Shown here: positions 32,120-42,414 of the stretch, one piece after another | Position numbering within the stretch: position 1 is the stretch's first letter | How the letters are laid out: each line of letters begins with the position of its first letter | DNA from: Candidatus Bathyarchaeota archaeon | GTDB lineage: Archaea; Thermoproteota; Bathyarchaeia; Bathyarchaeales; DTEX01 | Assembly: GCA_963714275.1 (NCBI GenBank) | Contig: CAVQNT010000002.1 | Location: 224,001 to 288,000 of the forward strand | Length of the DNA: 64,000 nucleotides | Direction of reading: 5' to 3' | Position numbers and translations under genes: made by a program | The notes under the pieces: generated by a model | Database searches by the model: none | Seen by the model: the letters and a program-made list of their open reading frames with translations, nothing else | What the model was told of the DNA's origin: nothing

Positions 32120-32380
32120 GCAATTTTCCTCTGCAAAATTTTATAAGTCAACCTTTATAGTATTTCTCAAACTAGAGACGTAAAACTGCTCTCTTAAAAA
32201 ATACTTGACTAATTGAAGAGCAATGTTTAGACAATAATTTAATGGCTTCAAAAAAGAGGCTTTTGGTTATAAAATCTCAATTTGGTTTCTTTAACATGTT
32301 ATGTTTTCTTCTGTATAATCATTTCTCAAGCTTTTATACTATATCTTTAATTTTGTTTGGTGTTTTAGGTTGGTGGACCC

Positions 32381-32575
32381 TTGATTGATGAGGTTATTAG
32401 GCTACTCGAGGATGGAGAGTGGCATAGTTTTTCAGAAATTCAGGAGAAATTAAATCTACCCAAGGATTTGTTTTTTAAAAGTGTACAATTCTTTAAAGAG
32501 TTTGATTTAGCGGAATTAGACGAAAAACAGGAAAGAGTAAAAATATCATCCTCTTTTTTAAACCTCACAGTTTAA
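32381..32575 (+). CDS. Small wHTH protein
   Basis: LLEDGEWHSFSEIQEKLNL...FFKEFDL. Confidence 0.6.
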   Translation: MIDEVIRLLEDGEWHSFSEIQEKLNLPKDLFFKSVQFFKEFDLAELDEKQERVKISSSFLNLTV

Positions 32576-32641
32576 AGGTTATGCCAAGGACTCTTGTTAA
32601 CTCAGCTAGCCATAGAAGAGAACTCTTACCCTAAGATTTAG

Positions 32642-33238
32642 ATGATTGAAGAGGCAATAGCAATGAAGGTATTAGGTTACGGTGAAGATTTTCTTACGTT
32701 TTGGGCTATTAATAAAAAACTGGATAGGATATTCAATCAACTAAAGGACAAAACTGACCCCGAAGAATGTATTGTCTTCTATCGCCCAAGCTTCGGCAGA
32801 AAAGGCGGAACAATACGTGCTGAATTCGGTGAATTTGACGCGATAATAGTAACTCCTAAGACTGCATATCTTGTTGAAAGCAAGTGGGATGGAAGTAATG
32901 CATCCTTTAAGGATAATATTCTAAAACTCGAAGAAGTTCAGATCCGTCGTCATAAAATATTCAGATGGTACCATGAGAACTGGAAGAAAGAAAACTGGAC
33001 GGAATTTATCCAGAAGCACGATTATGAATTTAGAAAAGATTTTGGTAAAAACATCGCCCCAGCAGAAGAGCTTGCTCAGCAAAAACCTGCAGACTATTTA
33101 AAAAGAACGCAAAGAAAAGAACTGATCGATGTTCTGCTTTTCTTTCACAGAAGAGAACCACCGAAGATTGAAACAAGCTTTAAGATAGTGACTCTGAAAT
33201 ACAGACTGGCAGATGGTGAATACACCAAGTTAGCATGA
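32642..33238 (+). CDS. PD-(D/E)xK-like protein
   Basis: FGEFDAII...YLVESKW. Confidence 0.55.
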   Translation: MIEEAIAMKVLGYGEDFLTFWAINKKLDRIFNQLKDKTDPEECIVFYRPSFGRKGGTIRAEFGEFDAIIVTPKTAYLVESKWDGSNASFKDNILKLEEVQIRRHKIFRWYHENWKKENWTEFIQKHDYEFRKDFGKNIAPAEELAQQKPADYLKRTQRKELIDVLLFFHRREPPKIETSFKIVTLKYRLADGEYTKLA

Positions 33239-33285
33239 TGCCACAGGTAACTATTTAGCACATCATCTAAGAACCAGCAGAAGAA

Positions 33286-33310
33286 CCCCCTCTCCCTTTG
33301 TTTTCACGGA
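33286..33310 (-). promoter_or_regulatory. ORB-like box (copies at 29796-29820 and 40489-40512)
   Basis: Minus strand TCCGTGAAAACAAAGGGAGAGGGGG, directly upstream of TTTAAAT on the plus strand. Confidence 0.5.
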
Positions 33311-33363
33311 TTCTTTAAATGGGTTTTATGCTAGCTCTAAAGCCCTTATTGGGTGGGTTTGTT

Positions 33364-33642
33364 TTGGGTAGGACTGTTCCTTCGTTTCGTATGATGCTTG
33401 AAGGCGAGATTGCTAAATGGAAAGAATTCATGAAGGCTCTTCCAGGCAACTCAGATAAAGAAGCCTTTAAAGAGTTGATGAAACATTGCCGCAGTTACGC
33501 GTCAGGTTGCAGGAGCTGCTGTTAGACCCATCGTATCAGATGCCATGTTCATGTCCATTCTTCTAGCTCACGAAAAAAGAACTGAAGAAAGATCAAGGCT
33601 TCACTAGAAAAACTTAACGATTCATCCAATGATGAACGATAG
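33364..33642 (+). CDS. arCOG07300-like small protein (usual PolB2 partner), frameshifted
   Basis: MGRTVPSFRMMLEGEIAKWKEFMKAL...EAFKELM...RPIVSDAMFMSILL. Confidence 0.6.
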
Positions 33643-33713
33643 TTACCGATTGTATTTTTTCCATCATCAATAAAAGATAAGCCTGATACAAACATTAACA
33701 AGAGGAAACACTT

Positions 33714-34043
33714 ATGCCTAAGAAGGTTTTGTTTGTCTGCACTGGGAATTTTGACCGTTCTCCAACAGCTGAAAACATGTATAAAAATGTTGAGGGCTTA
33801 GAGGTTAAGTCAGCCGGCATTTCGGTTGCCGCACAGAAACCACTTTCAAAGGAGCTTGTGGAATGGGCTGACGCCATATATGCCATGGAAGAACTACACA
33901 AAAAAGTCATTGTTAAGCGTGATCCCTCAGCAAAAAACAAAACAACAGTCTTAGGCATTTCTGACATTTACTATAGAGACCAACCTGAATTGAAAACAAT
34001 CTTAAAACAGAAACTGGATCCCCTTTTAAAACAGCCAAAGTAG
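33714..34043 (+). CDS. Low-molecular-weight protein-tyrosine phosphatase-like
   Basis: VLFVCTGNFDRSPTAE (CX5R); WADAIYAME. Confidence 0.88.
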   Translation: MPKKVLFVCTGNFDRSPTAENMYKNVEGLEVKSAGISVAAQKPLSKELVEWADAIYAMEELHKKVIVKRDPSAKNKTTVLGISDIYYRDQPELKTILKQKLDPLLKQPK

Positions 34044-34175
34044 TCCAAGCAGTGTAGAAACACCCCATCGTACAAGTGTTAGCGAAACATTGGGATGAAG
34101 AGGATTAACGACAGAAGAATACTTAGTTCAGAAATTCTAATTATGAGCTTTTATTAATTGTATAAGTGATCTCAA

Positions 34176-35531
34176 ATGGTTAAGCTTACGTTCTATGGTG
34201 GAGTCAACGAGATTGGTGGCAACAAAATTCTTTTGGAAGACAGGAAAACCAAGATCATGCTTGATTTTGGGCAATCTTTCACTTTTGGTGCAGACTATTT
34301 TACAAGTTATCTATCAGCTAGAAGCATTAATGGTTTAGGAGACTACTTTGAATTCAATCTTTTGCCAAAAATAAAGGGATTATACTCAAAAGAGCAGTTA
34401 GCCTTCACTGACCTTGCATATGTTGAGCCTAAAATTGATGCGGTTTTTCTTTCTCACGCTCATTTCGACCATATTACTCACATTCATTTTTTGGATCCAG
34501 AAATTCCAATCTATCTGGGTGTTGGCACCAAACTATTTATGGAGTCAATGGGGGAAACCAGTAGTTTCTGGGATTATGGTGAGCATGAATACAACCTGTT
34601 CAGAACAGGAGACAAAATCAAAATTGACAACATAACAGTAGAACCTATCCATGTTGACCATTCCATACCTGCAGCCTATGGTTTCATCATTCACACTTCA
34701 GCTGGACAAGTGGTTTACACTGGGGACTTGAGAAGACATGGACCTAGGAAGGATCTAACTGAAGAGTTTATTGAGAAAGCCAAGGATGCTGAGCCAATTG
34801 CGTTGATTACTGAGGGAACAAGGATGGCAGATACTGAGAAAAGGCAAAACTATTCAGAACCACAAGTGGCAAAGCTCGCCCATGATGTTGTTTCTTCAAC
34901 TGACAAGATGGTTTTCGCGACTCGGTACAGCAGAGACATTGACAGATTCAATAGCTTCTACAAAGTAGCCAAAAAGAACAACAGAAAACTTGTCATTAAT
35001 CCAAAAACTGCCCATTTGCTAACCAAACTCCTAGGCGATGAACATTTGAATGTTCCAGATCCACTTAAAGATGATAATATCGTTGTGTATTATAAACGGA
35101 AGAAGTCTGGAGCTTTTGATGAGTCTGACTATTATCTTTGGGAACGGGAATTCATGGACAAAATCGTAACCCACGATTACGTGAGTAAGAACCAGAAAAA
35201 CTTGATAATGGACTTGGATTTTTCGCAGCTAACAGAACTGGTGGATATTAAGCCTAACCCTGGCAGTCACTTCATACGTAGCATGAGTGAACCGTTCAGT
35301 GAAGAAGATGTCGAGGACTATGTTTTACACAACTGGACAGACCACTTCAAAATGCAATTCCATCAACTGCATGCTTCAGGACACATGGACAAAGACCAGC
35401 TGCTTGAAATGTTGAAGGAAATTCAACCTAAACGAACATTCCCAGTTCACACCGAAAACCAACAACTCTTCAAAAAATATTGCAATAATGTTCAGATGAT
35501 CAAACAAAGGAAAGAATATGTATTGAACTAA
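34176..35531 (+). CDS. Metallo-beta-lactamase / RNase J-like hydrolase
   Basis: GGVNEIGGN, SHAHFDH, VDHS, YTGD, HASGH, PVH. Confidence 0.88.
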   Translation: MVKLTFYGGVNEIGGNKILLEDRKTKIMLDFGQSFTFGADYFTSYLSARSINGLGDYFEFNLLPKIKGLYSKEQLAFTDLAYVEPKIDAVFLSHAHFDHITHIHFLDPEIPIYLGVGTKLFMESMGETSSFWDYGEHEYNLFRTGDKIKIDNITVEPIHVDHSIPAAYGFIIHTSAGQVVYTGDLRRHGPRKDLTEEFIEKAKDAEPIALITEGTRMADTEKRQNYSEPQVAKLAHDVVSSTDKMVFATRYSRDIDRFNSFYKVAKKNNRKLVINPKTAHLLTKLLGDEHLNVPDPLKDDNIVVYYKRKKSGAFDESDYYLWEREFMDKIVTHDYVSKNQKNLIMDLDFSQLTELVDIKPNPGSHFIRSMSEPFSEEDVEDYVLHNWTDHFKMQFHQLHASGHMDKDQLLEMLKEIQPKRTFPVHTENQQLFKKYCNNVQMIKQRKEYVLN

Positions 35532-35621
35532 GATTCCATGTCAAACTATGTTTCTTACATGATTACTTTTTCCGTAAAAGGAAGTTCCAAAAGCCATAAA
35601 CTGTACCTTTCTTTAAGTGTT

Positions 35622-35939
35622 TTACTTCCTCATCAACTGTTTTACAGTTGTCCAGTATCTGCTCTCACCTCTGTTCAACACTGGGGGAATAATCCAGTAT
35701 TTCATGCCGTCTTCACAAAAGTAATACCTGTAGGTCCACTTCTTATGTTTTCCACTAATTCCGTGTTTCTTGATTATCTCTTGCAGTTTATCGTAGAGTT
35801 CAGGATACTTGTTTCTAATGATGTATTCGTGGTTGTTACCTTGTGTTGACCTGTGCCATTCTGCTTTAGAGAGTTCGTCAATAAGGCTCTGCATTTCAGG
35901 AGAAAGTTTCCGTTTCACTGGCTTCAAAATTTGAGCCAT
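35622..35939 (-). CDS. Hypothetical protein
   Basis: 105-aa ORF with GAGGT RBS; HEYI...DGMKYW. Confidence 0.55.
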   Translation of the reverse strand: MAQILKPVKRKLSPEMQSLIDELSKAEWHRSTQGNNHEYIIRNKYPELYDKLQEIIKKHGISGKHKKWTYRYYFCEDGMKYWIIPPVLNRGESRYWTTVKQLMRK

Positions 35940-36124
35940 CCTTTTATTACCTCTTTGGTATAATTTTATATCTATTTTTTAACATATATACTTAATGGTT
36001 ATTCCGTATAGTGTTCTAACTAAAAACCAGCGAAAATCTGAAGAGGCAACAAGAGAATAAAAAACTGTAGCTAACTAATTGGTCTATGAATCTGTTATAG
36101 TAGTCTATTGGCTCAAATAACTAT

Positions 36125-36856
36125 CTAGATTTTCCAGAAAGCCGTGTATCCCCTTCTTTGTTTTTTCATTTCCTTCACTCTTTGTTCTAGGTCAGCTTTG
36201 CCTTTTTCATATTCTTCCTTCTTTATCAAATCATCTTCAAACATCTGCTTCAATAGAATAGGTAGAATTTCGGCAACTGGCGGAGTTATTTGATTAAAAA
36301 ACTCATCGATTTTTTCTTTAGGTATCATAAAAAGATTCTTAGAAGTTTCTTCGACAAAGGATATAAAGTCTGAAAAAATTTCCTTGGCAGACACAAAATC
36401 CGACTGTGCGAAATCCATCGGATTTTTCCATTCACTATTCTTATGGTCGACATATAGACAGCTTTCTCGAACCCTTCTAAATTCATTGACAGCCTCGCCA
36501 AGTTCTTTTATCGATTTTTCTATTTCCTGTCTGGACGGCTTTTTCTTGGGATAGACTAGTTCTCCCCTCTTAAATCTCTGACTTGCGTAGATGCCAAGGG
36601 CGAAGGCTGTTTTAGATTTGTGGTCCATTAAATCCTTTCTTACTTTTTCATCGTATTCAAAAAAACCCACATAAGTCATCGCATAAAAATATGCCTTTGC
36701 AGCTTCCTCCATTGCAGTAAAGTATAGGAAGAAAGCATGGGCAAAACTATTATTCTCTGCCAATATGTCTGCGTCTTGCGTAAGACGATTCACATGATCC
36801 ATACAGATATCTCTGCCTTTTCTAAAATCAATTTGTTTTAGCATGTTCATCCCCAT
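36125..36856 (-). CDS. AbiV-family abortive infection protein
   Basis: AMEEAAKA...DHKSK...RESCLYVD. Confidence 0.8.
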   Translation of the reverse strand: MGMNMLKQIDFRKGRDICMDHVNRLTQDADILAENNSFAHAFFLYFTAMEEAAKAYFYAMTYVGFFEYDEKVRKDLMDHKSKTAFALGIYASQRFKRGELVYPKKKPSRQEIEKSIKELGEAVNEFRRVRESCLYVDHKNSEWKNPMDFAQSDFVSAKEIFSDFISFVEETSKNLFMIPKEKIDEFFNQITPPVAEILPILLKQMFEDDLIKKEEYEKGKADLEQRVKEMKKQRRGYTAFWKI

Positions 36857-37244
36857 TCTTCATAATAACATTACAACATACTACTGGTTACAATCATATA
36901 TCTTATCCACAAGAACCTTGAATGCGAGATATGTTAACAACACGAACGCGCGCTTCATTTCTTCTGTACAAAATTCTTCCGTGAGGTTCCGTAAATAATT
37001 TCGTTCCGCATTTCTTACAATAGAAGGTTTTACCACCGAAAAAAATGTTTTTTACTTCATAACAATTTTTGCATATAGTAAGAGCTAGTGAACTGTAGCC
37101 AGGCTATAAAATTGGCGCATGTGGTACTCTTGGTGCGCGCACATACACATTTCTAACTAAATGATAAAAATCACAAAAATATTTTGTCAAGAACTGTCAA
37201 AAATAAAAAATGTCAATTCGTCAATGTCAAAAATCGCAGGCTCA

Positions 37245-38610
37245 CTAACGTATTTTCATTTTGCATATATTGCCGAGAAATTCTTGGTTCAAGGGTTTAT
37301 TTGGACCAGTGTTTTTCACACTTCTTATCTTTACCTTATAAAATGCTTTTTCGTGCTCTTGAAAATAAGCAGATGTTGTTAGAATAACTGCATTTACTCT
37401 TTTCGTTAGTTTCAGTTTTCCTTTTAATCCGTTTTCAAGAAGCATTAAATCTCTTGCAGACTCCTTCTCGTCCCTGTAAAACCCCATGTTCATTTCGATG
37501 TAGATTATTCCAGGTCCCTCTGTGGGTATCTGAGTATAGGCATGATCAAATGAATTAAGAATACCTTTTATTCGATCAGGTAAGAGCGACGAAACAAACA
37601 CCACAAGACGGGGATTCTTGTGCTTAGGCTCAGGGGCATTAATCGATACGTTATCTCTTTCCAGATAGAGATCTATTACAGGATTTGTCCAATCAAAACT
37701 AAATCCATCCATACTTGGTTTGATGTTTTCATCTGAATGGTGATAAATATCTAGCGTAGGTTCATGCATATTAACATTAAATTCTCGGAGATCGGGCTTA
37801 AAATGACCGTCTATAACATTGTTTAATTTAGGGAATTCTTTCAAAATTATTTGGAATTTATTTGCTGTAAATACCCCGCATTTTGAGTTTTTAATTGAAG
37901 TTTGAATGTATTCTATTAGAAAGTCTTTATCTGCCGTTGTTAGATCTGAATCTGTTTTAACAACAACAGCGTAATTTTTCCCAAGGTTATCTAAAGCCTT
38001 CAGAACATTTACTAAGATTTCATCCCAGAGGTATTGGTTGCGCATGTCTCTTTGTGACTTCTTATCTTTTTGCTTGCATTCAACATAGACTTTCTCTCCA
38101 TCTTTTTCAACGCACATATCTGGCGTCTTCTCTTTTTCTTCCTTAATAAAGCAAACTTGGTATCCTGCTCGCTTGAGAGAAGATGATACTTTTATCTCAT
38201 ATACAGCCTTCTCAAAACTCACAGAATCTGTTAATCTTGTTCTCCACATTTTTCGAGTACTATTTTTTATCTTTCTGCCATCCTTGCTAATCAATGCAAT
38301 AGATTCTATTTCCATTAAATTATTACCAAGATCAAATAACTCCAACAATTCCTTTGTAAAAGAATGGGTTTGCTTTTGAAGGAGACTTTGATAATTAGGA
38401 TAGCCTTTTCGCCACAAAGCAATAAGAGGATTAGGAGTTGGGCTGATCAGATGCCCATATTTCTTAGGTTTATGATCTGTACTTGCTTTCGCTATAATTA
38501 TTGGTTTGTGCTCAGAAACCTTGAAAAATTCTTCCCCAGTAGTAGATACGACCTTTTCTATGGCTAGGCGAATGCTATCTATTGTTATTTTCCATTCCTT
38601 GTAAGTCATA
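37245..38610 (-). CDS. Hypothetical protein with PD-(D/E)xK motif
   Basis: YEIKV...KTPDMCVE...YVECKQK. Confidence 0.6.
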
Positions 38611-38885
38611 ATTTCAATCGACGATGAAATAAAATGTACTTTAACTTTTATATAGCGTGCGCTGGTAGATACAAAAAGAGTCAATTATTCTGATAATTAA
38701 CAAAGCACGCTTTATTGTCTAGTTAGTCTATTTTTTTTTTTAGTTGCTTTTTTGAGAATCTTTCTTCGACATATTCTTTTATTTTTTGAGAAGGCTGGTT
38801 TTTAATCTCTTAGCAGTAGCTGTAATCTCTTAGCAGTAGTAGATAGAAGAATTTGTCAAACTCTCACACTAGCTGTATTTGCTAG

Positions 38886-39110
38886 TTATATGTCAGCGCG
38901 CGTGTGCTTCACAGAGTTCTTTATTTTTTCAGATATTAGGAAGCCTGCGAGTATAATTGCTCCACCCAATATGTAAACAAGGATTTTTTGATACTGATTT
39001 ATATCAATAGAATATACTGCCAAAATGCCCACTATCACCCCAGCCACAGCTATGGGTAAGTAAGCCTCTGTGATATGACGAGTTTTCATTTTTTGCCACC
39101 TTCCACACAT
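38886..39110 (-). CDS. Small 2-TM membrane protein
   Basis: Two hydrophobic helices. Confidence 0.5.
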   Translation of the reverse strand: MCGRWQKMKTRHITEAYLPIAVAGVIVGILAVYSIDINQYQKILVYILGGAIILAGFLISEKIKNSVKHTRADI

Positions 39111-39148
39111 ATTAATATTTAATGGTTAGAGCTCAGTTCACTAGTCGG

Positions 39149-39433
39149 TTAAGGATTCTTTAAAGTTTTGTAGAGAAGATACGGAACCGAAGCTGAAAGA
39201 AACGTTACCGAACCAAAAATAAGAGTACCCCACTCTAAAATTTCAATCACGTCATTGGCAACCCAAATAAAAGGACTAGGAGCAATACTATGATATGGAA
39301 TGTCAATTGGTGTCAAATCAACCTCATAATGTCCAAGAATGTAACTATACATAACCAAAGAAACCACAATATTCCCTAGAAACCACAACATCAACAGCAC
39401 AAATGGCACAACAAAAAACCAACGACTCCTCAA
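39149..39433 (-). CDS. 2-TM membrane protein (paralogue of 49361-49755)
   Basis: RWFFVVPF.LLMLWF...YILGHYE...WVAN...TFLSA...YLLYK.LKNP shared with the other copy. Confidence 0.65.
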   Translation of the reverse strand: MRSRWFFVVPFVLLMLWFLGNIVVSLVMYSYILGHYEVDLTPIDIPYHSIAPSPFIWVANDVIEILEWGTLIFGSVTFLSASVPYLLYKTLKNP

Positions 39434-39459
39434 CTACTTTCCCCTTCTTCTCTTCTGTT

Positions 39460-39642
39460 TTAACCACGATGGGTTTTGTTTATTCCAAAAATCATCAGTG
39501 CACCAGCAATAGCTAAAAGAATACCTGCAATGATTATCATTACTATCCCAAAACTGAACGAAAACGCCCCTAAGTACAAAATTAAAAATTCCGCTCCAAT
39601 TATAGCAAGGATTACTCCCACTAAAATTTCTATAAATCCCAT
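39460..39642 (-). CDS. Small 2-TM membrane protein
   Basis: Hydrophobic 60-aa ORF. Confidence 0.5.
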   Translation of the reverse strand: MGFIEILVGVILAIIGAEFLILYLGAFSFSFGIVMIIIAGILLAIAGALMIFGINKTHRG

Positions 39643-39732
39643 GTTGCTCCCTAAATCAATCTTATAAGAAATGAATACTTTAATCTTTGCTTTTATGAAA
39701 GATACATAGCTAAGCGAGAGAGGTGAATAAGA

Positions 39733-39954
39733 ATGTCAGAAAAAGATTCTGTAGAGTTTAAATGGCTGGATGCTAAACCGATAGGTAATCAAACAGTTGT
39801 ATTCAATTTGGAAGATGGAACGCAAGTAAGGATTAGAGTAGATATAAACAGAGCAGGCGTCGCTATTAACTCCGTCAATCCTGATGGAAGCCCACAATAC
39901 CATTTTGATATAGGTATAGACTCAGCAAATAGTTCCTGCACAAAGAAAGTTTAA
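39733..39954 (+). CDS. Hypothetical protein (probably frameshifted at the 3' end)
   Basis: GAGGTGA RBS; LEDGTQVRIR...NPDGSPQY. Confidence 0.55.
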   Translation: MSEKDSVEFKWLDAKPIGNQTVVFNLEDGTQVRIRVDINRAGVAINSVNPDGSPQYHFDIGIDSANSSCTKKV

Positions 39955-40751
39955 GTTGCCCAAACAACAAATTGGTCTTCCTAAACCAGAAAAAAATATC
40001 ATCGTTTGAGCTAGAAACTGAGGGGGTACTATAGTTATGAAGCATAAATCGATTCAAAATATTGAGTTATACTTCATAAGAGTAATTTCAATAGTTTCAT
40101 AAATATATTCTGCTAGTTAGGAGAGAATTTTATGGAAGTAGGTGAACACGAAATAAATAAAGATAAAAAACTTACAATAAAAGATAAATTATCAATAACA
40201 GCACAGGGCATGTTAATGATGGCATCTGCCTTTGAGGTTTTATGGATATACAAAATTTTTTTGGGATTCTAGCTCACTAGTTTAAAAGTAGTCTGGTAAT
40301 AGTTCCGTATTTCTTTTAATGTTTTGGCTTCTTTGTGTTTTTGTATTATTTTATGTTTGAATGCTTTACAAGAAGTCCATAAGTTTTCTTTTTCGATTTG
40401 TAAAGTGCAGTATCCGTGATAAAACAAACAGTCTCTACAATCTATCATTATCTTTCAGCGTAGAGTAGTTTACAAGAGATAAAAGTGGTCTGTGAAAGCA
40501 GAGAGAGGGGGGCATAGAATCATACTTCAAGTTTCTCTATGGCTTTTTATCATACAGAAAAAGAAGATTAAAGGTACTGAATCCCTATCTATTTTTTTAT
40601 TTATTTTCTCTGCTAAATGGAGTCCGTGACGGTACGGAGTCGCCCTAAGCTGAGCTAAGACAAGAAAGGGCAAGAGAGAATACTTGAATGAAGCCAAAAC
40701 AAGAGACCTCATGAATAGTTTGGATCAGTTCTTTGAAACAACCATAGAAAT

Positions 40752-41126
40752 TTAATTTTTAACTAATTTAAGAATGGATGCTATTAGTTCAATAAGAAAA
40801 TGCCTGACAATATTTCTAACTAATTCATGTTTAACTAAAAAACCTGCAAATGTTGGACTTATTCGATAATACATATCAACGGTTTTTCTTCCAAAATAGG
40901 ATGACATCAGGAGGAAATCTCTAAAATGATAAAATAATGGCAAGTATTCCGTGTCTGATGTACCATAAACTGCTGTAACAATAAAACAGCCTTGTTTACT
41001 TAAATCTACATATCTGTTAGTGGTAACGTTATATAAAATACTGGGTATTTCCCTTCCTTTCTCATCTTTTTTGTAACAAACATATATAATATCTCTCGAA
41101 CGTAAATCTAAATCTGAATTTCCCAC
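40752..41126 (-). CDS. CFI-box-CTERM domain protein
   Basis: GCFIVTAVYG...FRD.LL...GR..V..YYRISP. Confidence 0.75.
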   Translation of the reverse strand: MGNSDLDLRSRDIIYVCYKKDEKGREIPSILYNVTTNRYVDLSKQGCFIVTAVYGTSDTEYLPLFYHFRDFLLMSSYFGRKTVDMYYRISPTFAGFLVKHELVRNIVRHFLIELIASILKLVKN

Positions 41127-41355
41127 ATTTATTCTAAATTCATCTTCCCCAGCCTCTGTTATAGTTCTTATTACCCAGTATCCTTGCCTTCCCCTTTTTG
41201 CTGTGTTGCTATATTCTCTTATATTCTCTTGAGGTCATCTCGTCTTCTCTTCTTCTCTTCTACTTACTCAGCGCTCTGCACTCTGAACTTTGCACTACTC
41301 TACTCACACAAAATAAAGAACACGAGAAAGAAATAAAAAGCCAGCTATCTTCCAT

Positions 41356-41943
41356 CTAATGCTTTGCGTGCTTACCATAACTTCTCATTCGTCGTTTACC
41401 CAACAGTTTTTCGATTTCTGAACGATTATGATCTCGATCTCTGAATGATCCCCTCTGTAGGTATTTATCAAACTCTTCAACATTAATTTCCTTATCATAG
41501 TATCTAAACAAAGCAATCATAAAAGCATAAGGATCTTTAGCTCTTTCGATAATGGGTACCCACAAATTGGAGTGAATTTCTTTTTTTACTTCCATTACAA
41601 GCATTTCTTTGAATCTCTTATGGCTAACAAAACAATTCTGACCATTGAGGTAGTACACTGGACTCTCAGGCGAATTGGTTTTGGAGGCATTAGAAAAGCG
41701 GTCAATGAGTTCAGAATAATTTTTGCCCTTTTCCATAGATATACAATCACTCATAAGGCATTTTTTACAATGAAAGAAAAGTCTTCCTTTATGTTTTTTC
41801 CAAATTAAAGGATTATTGCAATTTGGGCATGGTGGATTTTTTTGTTCTATTTCTTCAATCCGCTTCTGGATTTTTTGAACATCTTTTTTGGTTTTCCATT
41901 CTTTTTCTTTCTTGAATCTATCTTCTGGACGAGGACGAGGCAT
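41356..41943 (-). CDS. Zn-ribbon hypothetical protein
   Basis: CPNC...CKKC. Confidence 0.55.
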   Translation of the reverse strand: MPRPRPEDRFKKEKEWKTKKDVQKIQKRIEEIEQKNPPCPNCNNPLIWKKHKGRLFFHCKKCLMSDCISMEKGKNYSELIDRFSNASKTNSPESPVYYLNGQNCFVSHKRFKEMLVMEVKKEIHSNLWVPIIERAKDPYAFMIALFRYYDKEINVEEFDKYLQRGSFRDRDHNRSEIEKLLGKRRMRSYGKHAKH

Positions 41944-42414
41944 TATTTGCCCTTCTTTAACAATTAAAATGATTCATTTATTATTTATATTATGGGGTTT
42001 GACAGAAATATATTTTTCATTAGATTTTAAATATGGGTATTCTAAAATCTCTAACTTATTAGATTCCAGTTGAATAAATCTGAAGAGCGTTGACCGTCTT
42101 GAGACATGATAATGAGTCTTTTAATGGCTCAAAAGTGAGAAAAAAAAGTAAACAAATACAAACAGCATAAAAATTTATGCAAATCCGACCAGCCCCACCA
42201 AAGACTCAAACTTATCTGGGTTTAGGTATGAGGAGAATTCCTGTTTTTAGTGACAAGTCGTTGTTGACAGCTAGCTAGCAGGTCTTTTTTACTCGTTTCT
42301 AAAGGTTATTAGTTGAACGAGTAAAAGCTCATCAAGCTAGCTATTAAATAGTGGGTTTTCAGAGGCTATTCTGTAAAAGCTTTAAATATCCTCTGGAGTT
42401 ACCTTTATTCTAAA

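Larger units (their letters stand above)
18540..42130. mobile_element. Integrase-led AT-rich defence/cargo island (element 2); boundaries approximate
   Basis: Integrase at the left end and a drop in GC content. Contains restriction, Abi and HEPN-like genes and fragments, between host pgl and a sugar isomerase. Confidence 0.75.

Noticed and set aside
29796-40512. Chromosomal replication origin
   Set aside because: The ORB-like boxes are kilobases apart, with no adjacent cdc6 gene or clustered inverted pair around a DUE.
18525-42095. Inverted GTCAACGC at both ends of island 2
   Set aside because: Only 8 bp, with poor flanking similarity.
3744-42107. 14-bp repeat CCGTCTTGAGACAT at 3744 and 42094 as an att pair
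   Set aside because: Several 14-mer matches are expected by chance in 64 kb, and the pair would enclose core genes such as rpl10e.
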